Shown here piece after piece: positions 57,698 through 64,000 of a stretch of 64,000 nucleotides of DNA. The stretch spans positions 1,279 through 65,278 of the forward strand of contig DATDWX010000006.1 of assembly GCA_036517335.1 (NCBI GenBank), written 5' to 3'. Below the pieces are notes generated by a model. That model made no database searches, was not told the DNA's origin, and saw only the letters and a list, made by a program, of their open reading frames with translations. Source of the stretch: Minisyncoccota bacterium. Lineage in GTDB: Bacteria > Patescibacteriota > Minisyncoccia > Phycocordibacterales > UBA2100. The stretch's first letter is position 1. Each line of letters begins with the position of its first letter. A program made the position numbers and the translations under genes.

Positions 57698-58726
57698 TTA
57701 TAATACCGGTTCGAGAAGGTGCTTTTTGAAATAGCGGCCTTCGATGGAATACTTGTCGTAGCCGTGGAGGAAAAACGCTGCATTGAGGCCGATCAAGATG
57801 AGATGCGGCCAGACGGCTTCGCCGAAGTAGATGAGTGAGAGAAAAAGCCAAAAGAGGAAGAAAAGCGCATTCCAGCGTATCTCAACGCCGATGATGAAGA
57901 AAATCCCGATGAGTGTCTCGATGATGAATGCACCCAAGACGATGAAGAGTGGGTCGAAATGGAAATAGTTGATCAGATGATATTTGTCGATCGTATCGAG
58001 CGCAAGATTAGAATGGAGGAATTTGGCGAAGAGCGCCGCGTAGACGATGGAGATACCAAACGCTATGCGTAGCAGAGGCCATGCGTATTTCCCGGCTTCG
58101 TGGAGGAGTTTGCGCATTGCTGTGGGAAGCCAGCGCGTGTCATCAAGCAGGGAATACATCCCGCCGCCAGCTAGGAGCACGAAGAGGACTTCGCCGTAAT
58201 AATTGGCGTAGGTCGGCGCGTAGTTGGCCCGCTCGACGAGAAAGAGCCACAGCGCGGGCAAAAGCACGATGGCGCCTAGTCGCGTCCATATGCCGAAGGT
58301 GATGAGGATTCCAGAGATGGTGAACATGATCCGAAGCCCGGTAACACCATTGGGGTCGAGCGCGTAAAAAGGGAGCTCCGGCCCAAAGAGCGCGCTCTGG
58401 TAGGCGCAGGCGAGCAGCGAGATGCCGAGCGTGATGCGCGCCACCGGCGCTGCATATTTTTTGAGTCGCGCGAAAGCGGGCGCGAAATGCTCCTCGAGCG
58501 AATGAAAGATAGACATGAAAAAAATCGTGGAAAAACCGACGAAACAAATAAAGCCCCAGAAGAAAAATTGGTATTTGTTGGAAAAGAATGCGTCGAGAGG
58601 GTTGGGAGAGATAGTGCCTATATCGCGCGCGATCGTAGCGCCGTCCAAGACGTATACTTCATGAGCGAGCGCAAAAACTGGTACAAAAAGTGAAAGACCG
58701 ATGATAACGAAAATTGCTCTACGCAT
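57698..58726 (-). CDS. Polytopic membrane protein of unknown function (8-9 TM; DoxX/HTTM-like?)
   Basis: 342 aa with an N-terminal signal/TM and many Trp/Phe-rich helices. It overlaps the downstream FAD oxidase gene by 8 bp. Confidence 0.4.
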   Translation of the reverse strand: MRRAIFVIIGLSLFVPVFALAHEVYVLDGATIARDIGTISPNPLDAFFSNKYQFFFWGFICFVGFSTIFFMSIFHSLEEHFAPAFARLKKYAAPVARITLGISLLACAYQSALFGPELPFYALDPNGVTGLRIMFTISGILITFGIWTRLGAIVLLPALWLFLVERANYAPTYANYYGEVLFVLLAGGGMYSLLDDTRWLPTAMRKLLHEAGKYAWPLLRIAFGISIVYAALFAKFLHSNLALDTIDKYHLINYFHFDPLFIVLGAFIIETLIGIFFIIGVEIRWNALFFLFWLFLSLIYFGEAVWPHLILIGLNAAFFLHGYDKYSIEGRYFKKHLLEPVL

Positions 58727-60368
58727 GGTGGATCATTGAGGTTTCGATATCCTTGATGGTGCCGCCGATCTTTTTGCCGGGATTGAGGATGTCCAATGGG
58801 TCGAAGATTTTTTTCACTTCCGCGAAGAGCCCGACCATTTTGTCGCCAAACATCATCGGTAAATACGGCGTGCGAACGATGCCGTCGTTGTGCTCACCGG
58901 TGATGGAGCCCCCGAATTGTTTGACAAGCGCGTACACCTTGGGCTGCAATTCCAGAATTTCTCTTCGGTCTTTTTCTTTCGATAGGTCCATGAGGGGAAT
59001 GATATGGAAATTACCATCACCCACATGGCCGGCGATGGTGTAGATGAGATGGTGCTGGTCGAGCACTTTGTAGAGTGCCGGAATAAATCGCGGACAATCC
59101 TCAGGCCTCACCACGAGGTCGTCTATGAAGGGGCAGGCGTAGAGGCCGTGCAGATTTTTGCGCAGCAAGGCAAAGCTCTCGCGGCGTATGGTCCAGTATT
59201 TTGCCGCGGCGATCTCACTCCCAGCGATCTTGGTGCGCACCGCGAGGCCTATAAGAGCGCCGCGCGCTTCTTCGGCTTTCTCAAGCGCTTTCTCTGGATG
59301 GTCTTCCGCAAATTCTGCCAAGAGCACGAGCTTGGGGACGCCGCCGGTTGCCACCATCCACGCTTCAGGGAGGAAGGCGAGGCCTAGCTGTATCATTTTG
59401 AACAATCCCAATTGCCCAATGATCTGGGGGATGAATCGCACGGCGAGTTTGAAGGTGTGATCGTCGTATGATTCGAAGGATTCTGGATCGTATTTGAGCA
59501 CGCGATGCACGATCTCGGGCAAAATGCCGATGTCGGAGAGAAAAACGACAAGCATTGCGCGATGCTCTTTGGTCTTCACGAGCCCGAGCGTCGCGCTCGT
59601 CACGATCGCGAGCGTGCCTTGCGAGCCGGTAATGAGCTGGGTGAGATCAAATGTGCCGCCAGCTCGATCGAGCACATTCCACAGCGCATAGCCGGCAGAA
59701 TTTTTACTGACTCTCGGACGCGCTGCCTCTATCGCCCCAGCGTTCCCTTCAATGAGCGCATGGATATCGCGGTAGATTTTTCCCTCAAGGGTTTGTGCAC
59801 CTTTCTTTACCGCAAGTTCGTGCATTGTGATCGGCTTTACCGTCGCGGGTGAGCCGTCGGATAAGACCACCTCGAGCGAGTGGATGTAGTCATTTGTCTT
59901 GCCATAGCGGAGCGTGAGCTCGCCACCGGAATTGTTGGAGACCATGCCGCCGATCGCACATAGCTCGCGCGAGGCGGGGTAGGAGGGGATGATCTTGCCC
60001 ACCGTGCGCAGCGTCGCCTTTTCAAAATCGCGGTAGTAGGCACCCGGTTCAGCGGTGGCCTGTTCGCCTTCGATAGGTCCGATGCCGTTCATGTATTTCG
60101 TAAAGACGAGTGCGATGGAATCCGTAAGCGGGCCGCCAGTCATGTCGGTGCCAGCAGAGCGCGCGGCGATCGAAATATCCTTGCCGGCTTTTCTTTCCTC
60201 GTGCACGAAGCGCACGATCGCCGCCACATCTTCGGCGTCTTTCGGAAATACCACCACTTTCGGCGCGCGCTCGAAGATGCTCGTGTCGCGAGAGTATTTT
60301 TTTATGGTATCCGCATCATCCACCGCATCACCTCGGATGAGGTGAGCGATCTGCTCGCGCAATGTCAT
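58719..60368 (-). CDS. FAD-binding oxidoreductase (FAD_binding_4/GlcD-D-lactate dehydrogenase family)
   Basis: 549 aa. PCMH-type FAD-binding N-terminal half (ARSAGTDMTGG) and an FAD-oxidase C-terminal domain. Confidence 0.75.
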   Translation of the reverse strand: MTLREQIAHLIRGDAVDDADTIKKYSRDTSIFERAPKVVVFPKDAEDVAAIVRFVHEERKAGKDISIAARSAGTDMTGGPLTDSIALVFTKYMNGIGPIEGEQATAEPGAYYRDFEKATLRTVGKIIPSYPASRELCAIGGMVSNNSGGELTLRYGKTNDYIHSLEVVLSDGSPATVKPITMHELAVKKGAQTLEGKIYRDIHALIEGNAGAIEAARPRVSKNSAGYALWNVLDRAGGTFDLTQLITGSQGTLAIVTSATLGLVKTKEHRAMLVVFLSDIGILPEIVHRVLKYDPESFESYDDHTFKLAVRFIPQIIGQLGLFKMIQLGLAFLPEAWMVATGGVPKLVLLAEFAEDHPEKALEKAEEARGALIGLAVRTKIAGSEIAAAKYWTIRRESFALLRKNLHGLYACPFIDDLVVRPEDCPRFIPALYKVLDQHHLIYTIAGHVGDGNFHIIPLMDLSKEKDRREILELQPKVYALVKQFGGSITGEHNDGIVRTPYLPMMFGDKMVGLFAEVKKIFDPLDILNPGKKIGGTIKDIETSMIHHA

Positions 60369-60680
60369 GCAGAAAGTATACAGTGAAAAAAGACGGAAGG
60401 CCGCAGCGATTATGCATGCGACCTTTTTTGAGGCGGCGTTCGTCCCTCATTCGGGACGTTCGTCAGACTCCTCGCCGTCCTCAATCCGCGGAGTGGGTTG
60501 AGGACGTATTGGTGGCGTGGGCTTGTTCCAGAAACTTCCGCCAATGTTTCCGGTCGCGACGTCATGCGTCTGCTTGTTCGCGAGACCAGCCCGCGTTTTT
60601 TCCGCTGCCATCACAGGTCCTCCCTCCAAGTCAAGGGCGATTATACCCTATAGCTTATAAATAGTCAATAAGTTACCCAC

Positions 60681-62465
60681 GTGCGCTACAATATCCTTAT
60701 GATCCTCCTTCTCATCTCATTCGTCGCGGGGGTGCTGACGGTGCTTGCGCCTTGCGTACTGTCGCTCCTTCCTGTCATCGTCGGCGGGTCGCTCGCAGGT
60801 GGCGGCAGGCGGCGCGCGCTCACCATCGTCGTCTCCCTCGGCGTATCCGTCATTCTATTCACCCTGCTCCTCAAAGTATCGAGCGCACTCATCAGTGTGC
60901 CGCCGGGGGCGTGGCAGTGGCTCTCTGGTGGCATCCTCGTACTTTTTGGCCTCACTATGCTCTTCCCGCGCCTTTGGGATTCGCTCGGGTTTGTCAATCT
61001 GCTCAATCGCTCTTCGAATCAGCTATTGGCGAGTGGTTACCAACGCAGCTCCTTCTGGGGCGACGCCCTGATGGGCGCTGCGCTCGGCCCCGTGTTTACG
61101 AGCTGTTCGCCGACGTATTTTGTCATTCTTGCCACGGTACTGCCTGCGAGCTTCGCGATGGGGTTTGCGGATCTGCTCGCGTACACACTCGGCCTTTGCG
61201 GTTTTCTTTTTATCATTGCGCTCGTGGGGCAGCGCTTGGTGGACAAGCTCGGTGTGACGATAGAACCCGGCGGATGGTTCCGTCGGGGCATCGGCATACT
61301 CTTCATCGTGGTGGGAGTGCTCGTCTTCACAGGTACGATGGCACGCGTGGAGCTCTGGCTTTTGGAAAGAGGTTTCGATGTCACGATGATCGAGCAGCGC
61401 TTGCTCAAAGACACGGCGCCCACTCCAGCACAGTGCACGACTCAAGAGTGCGTGGGCACCTCGACCGCGTCCCTCTCGGCAGAGATGAAAGCCGGAGCGT
61501 ATGCGAAAGCGCCGGAATTGAAGGGGATAGATGGGTATATAAATACTTTGGGGCAGCCGATTACCATCGAGCAATTCAGAGGCAAAAAAGTAGTACTCAT
61601 AGATATCTGGACGTACTCGTGTATCAACTGCCAGCGCACGCTACCGTATCTCAACATGTGGTACGACACCTACCACGATCAGGGCCTGGAGATTATCGGT
61701 GTGCACACGCCGGAATTCGCCTTCGAGAAAGTGCTGCAAAACGTGCAGCATGCCGTGAACAAAGAGGGTATCAAATACCCGGTGGTACTCGACAACGAGT
61801 ACGCAACATGGAACGCCTTTGGCAATCAATTCTGGCCGCGCAAATATCTCATCGATATAGACGGCTACATCGTCTACGACCACGCGGGGGAGGGCAACTA
61901 TGATGAGGCAGAGCGTGCCATACAAAAAGCGCTCGCCGAGCGGGCAGTGAGGTTAAACCTCAATGTTTCAATGCCCGCTACCGAGCGCACAGCGCCCGTG
62001 GGCGCTGTGGCGGTAGACCAATCCGAGCTCGGCTCTCCCGAAGTGTACTTCGGCGCGGCACGCAACGAGTATCTCGGCAACGGTGCGCAGAGAAAAGTGG
62101 GCGAGCAAACTCTTACGCTTCCGAGCGCGCTCCGCGCCAACACGCTCTACCTCGGTGGTGTGTGGAGTATGAGCGAGGAGTACGCAATGAATACAGCGGC
62201 AGGCGCGAAGATTCGATTTGTGTACAAAGCCAAGAATGTGTATTTCGTTGCAGCCGCGTCAGGCGCTGTGAAGATCACGATCACGCGCGACGGTGGCCAG
62301 CCGCTCGGCTCAGCGCGCGGCGCTGATGTGGGTGTGGGCGGTGAGGTAGAGATAGAGGCCAATCGCTTGTACCACCTCATCGGCGATTCAGCTTACGGCA
62401 TCCACACACTTGAGATAGAAATCCAAGCTCCCGGCCTGCAAGCCTACACCTTTACCTTCGGCTAG
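60681..62465 (+). CDS. DipZ-like fusion: CcdA/DsbD-type thiol-disulfide transporter TM domain, TlpA-like thioredoxin domain, and a C-terminal beta-rich domain
   Basis: 594 aa. N-terminal 6-8 TM segments with the CcdA Cys (LAPCVLSLLPV...FTSCSPTYF), then a thioredoxin CxxC (WTYSCINCQRT), then a ~170-aa C-terminal domain. Confidence 0.75.
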   Translation: MRYNILMILLLISFVAGVLTVLAPCVLSLLPVIVGGSLAGGGRRRALTIVVSLGVSVILFTLLLKVSSALISVPPGAWQWLSGGILVLFGLTMLFPRLWDSLGFVNLLNRSSNQLLASGYQRSSFWGDALMGAALGPVFTSCSPTYFVILATVLPASFAMGFADLLAYTLGLCGFLFIIALVGQRLVDKLGVTIEPGGWFRRGIGILFIVVGVLVFTGTMARVELWLLERGFDVTMIEQRLLKDTAPTPAQCTTQECVGTSTASLSAEMKAGAYAKAPELKGIDGYINTLGQPITIEQFRGKKVVLIDIWTYSCINCQRTLPYLNMWYDTYHDQGLEIIGVHTPEFAFEKVLQNVQHAVNKEGIKYPVVLDNEYATWNAFGNQFWPRKYLIDIDGYIVYDHAGEGNYDEAERAIQKALAERAVRLNLNVSMPATERTAPVGAVAVDQSELGSPEVYFGAARNEYLGNGAQRKVGEQTLTLPSALRANTLYLGGVWSMSEEYAMNTAAGAKIRFVYKAKNVYFVAAASGAVKITITRDGGQPLGSARGADVGVGGEVEIEANRLYHLIGDSAYGIHTLEIEIQAPGLQAYTFTFG

Positions 62466-62602
62466 ATCCATCGTACACAAAAAAGCCCGTATTCCAGGCT
62501 CTTTTTGGTGTTTGTCCTTTAGAATGTCCTTTAGAATTTTCTCCGTTTTTTGTTAGCATTTGCCTCGGTTCTCCATGCCATTTCCCTTATCTCGATTGGG
62601 GC

Positions 62603-62959
62603 ATGCTTTACTACAGGCTGTGGGATTCATTTGAGAGAGGGAGACCCATGGGACAAGTCGTACCCATAACCCTCGAGTGGCCGAAAGCCAAAGTCGAGGG
62701 CGTACCTATCGCCGAATTATCGGGTGATCCGTTCAACGTCAGCTCGTGGGTTGATCTGATCTCGGCGTGCACTGAGGGGAAGGTCACGTGTACGGTCGTC
62801 AACAAGAAAACCACGCTGCTCTTCGTCGGAAGCGAGAATCAGCGGGTGCAGATTATCCAATTGTTGTACCTCTGCTGTAGATCTCTCGAACCGCACAAGA
62901 TCCTGCGCATCGGCTCGAGGCATTCGCCCAATCTCTTGATATCGTTCCTTACAATATAA
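62603..62959 (+). CDS. Hypothetical protein
   Basis: 118-aa ORF upstream of the REP/RAYT region; no motif recognised. Confidence 0.25.
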   Translation: MLYYRLWDSFERGRPMGQVVPITLEWPKAKVEGVPIAELSGDPFNVSSWVDLISACTEGKVTCTVVNKKTTLLFVGSENQRVQIIQLLYLCCRSLEPHKILRIGSRHSPNLLISFLTI

Positions 62960-63040
62960 AGTGGATTGTGCCGTGCGCCCGCTTGCCACATCATGCCCTG
63001 GGGGAACCAAACCCTGGGGCAACTTTTTTCCCACCTGCGA

Positions 63041-63063
63041 CTGTCCAAGGGTTCCCCTTGGAC
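63041..63063. repeat. REP-like palindrome (tgtccaagggttccccttggaca)
   Basis: 23-bp near-perfect palindrome 24 bp upstream of the RAYT start. It shares its sequence with three other copies in the window. Confidence 0.8.
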
Positions 63064-63086
63064 AAAAAACAGGATACGATTAGGCA

Positions 63087-63752
63087 ATGGAGAGGGACTT
63101 CGTGTTTCAAGAGGAGTGCATCTATCACATATACAATCGCGGCGTTGAGAAACGTACAGTTTTCAACGACGACAACGATAAACTCCGATTCCAAAGAATG
63201 CTCTACCTCGCCAACGGCGATAAACCAATCGTCTTCAAACGTGTCCAAGGGGAACCCTTGGACAAGGATCGGGGCACGGCGAGCACGGCTATTCTTGCAT
63301 ACTCGCTCATGTCCAATCATTTTCATATCGTCGCCAAGGAGGTACATACTGGAGGCATCAGCAAGTTTATGGGAAAGCTCTCGACGTCGTATTCCATGTA
63401 CTTCAACATAAAGAATGATCGGAGCGGGCCTCTATTTTGCAGGCCCTTTCGCTCAAAACCTGTCGGTAGCGATGATTACTTGCGCTGGCTTATGTCGTAT
63501 GTGCATTTAAATCCTCTTGACCTTTTTCAGCCCGGCTGGAAGGAAAAGGGAATAGGCGACACATCTGAGGCAAAGAAATTCTTGGCCTCGTACCCATTCT
63601 CAAGTTATCCCGATTACTTTGGAAATAGGCTTGAAAGCAAAATCATAAGCAGGGATGCGCTTCCCTTTCACGTAAATGCTCTCGAAAGCGTGGATGAAAT
63701 GCTGAAAGACTTCAAAGCTCGCCCGGAGTTACCCACAATTGAGGTCTGGTAA
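63087..63752 (+). mobile_element. IS200/IS605-family Y1 (HUH) tyrosine transposase-like protein, REP-associated (RAYT-like)
   Basis: 221 aa. HUH motif SNHFHIVAKE, catalytic Tyr region YVHLNPL, and an N-terminal IYHIYNRGVEKRTVF block typical of IS200-like TnpA. Confidence 0.75.
63242..63264. repeat. REP-like palindrome in inverse orientation (tgtccaaggggaacccttggaca), located inside the RAYT coding sequence
   Basis: Same 23-mer as the flanking REPs. It encodes RVQGEPLDK within an insertion relative to typical IS200 TnpA proteins. Confidence 0.8.
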
Positions 63753-63782
63753 CGCCCCCAACTTTGTTTGCCCTGTCCAAGG

Positions 63783-63805
63783 GTTCCCCTTGGACAGGAT
63801 TCGGT
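63783..63805. repeat. REP-like palindrome (same orientation as 63041)
   Basis: tgtccaagggttccccttggaca, 31 bp downstream of the RAYT stop. Confidence 0.8.
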
Positions 63806-63833
63806 CCGGACTAGGTTTCGAGTTTGTCCAAGG

Positions 63834-63856
63834 GGAACCCTTGGACAAACGGAAGG
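63834..63856. repeat. REP-like palindrome (inverse orientation); with 63783 it forms a BIME-like inverted pair
   Basis: tgtccaaggggaacccttggaca, 28 bp from the previous copy. Confidence 0.8.
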
Positions 63857-64000
63857 GGAAGGGGGGGCGGGTGGGAGTTGAGGCGGGGAGTGGGGGTGGA
63901 CGAGCGCCGGGTATTTGACACGAGCGTCTACTGTACAGGATACTAGCAGCACAGTTTCATGAACTGGGCCGCTGGTCGGCGTGCGCACCTTATTCGATTA

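Noticed and set aside
62514-62537. gtcctttagaat tandem direct repeat (2 copies), considered as a possible CRISPR or iteron
   Set aside because: There are only two 12-bp units with no spacer structure and no cas genes nearby. It is probably a trivial duplication in an intergenic region.
62979-63010. ccctgggggaaccaaaccctggggc near the REP cluster, considered as a fifth REP copy
   Set aside because: It is a direct repeat rather than a palindrome, and it shares only the gggaacc core with the REP 23-mer.

Overview
This is a GC-rich bacterial chromosomal segment that mixes housekeeping genes with accessory and mobile content. Gene content (a DGR, many small hypothetical genes, an insertion-bearing RNase P RNA) is reminiscent of a small-genome Patescibacteria/CPR-like lineage, but that lineage call is inference only.

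The housekeeping part includes RNase J (truncated by the window edge), secG, groES-groEL, htpX, a class II ribonucleotide reductase, RNase P RNA, murJ, lepA, serS, hisS, dprA and an adenosylhomocysteinase/adenosine-kinase pair. It also carries a cyoABCD-cyoE quinol oxidase operon, a partial F1Fo ATP synthase operon (atpB-E-F-H-A-G), and a thiol-disulfide module (thioredoxin/DsbB-like pair plus a DipZ-like CcdA-thioredoxin fusion). Five tRNAs are present.

The most notable accessory elements are:
- A complete diversity-generating retroelement (DGR): an RT with the IGNxxSQ motif, an Avd accessory gene, a 130-bp template repeat, and a target gene whose C-terminal variable repeat differs from the template at 21-22 positions. 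Every difference lies at a template adenine. The avd gene is inverted between the template repeat and the RT, which is unusual.
- Two small, compositionally foreign toxin cassettes inserted at the 3-prime ends of atpB and atpG, each flanked by a duplicated copy of the host gene's 3-prime end. One carries a DUF4258/DUF2283 toxin-antitoxin pair; the other carries an orphan MazF/PemK-like toxin. The operon has no atpD or atpC after atpG.
- An IS200-like/RAYT tyrosine transposase surrounded by 23-bp REP palindromes, one of which sits in frame inside the transposase gene.

Other oddities include a non-canonical tRNA-like element next to an AT-rich islet, a frameshifted cfa gene at a poly-G tract, a bacterial SET-domain protein, a tandem Cys-rich (TRASH-like) repeat protein, and several structured intergenic regions. 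No CRISPR array or rRNA is visible.

All calls come from reading the sequence and ORF translations by eye; no database searches were run.
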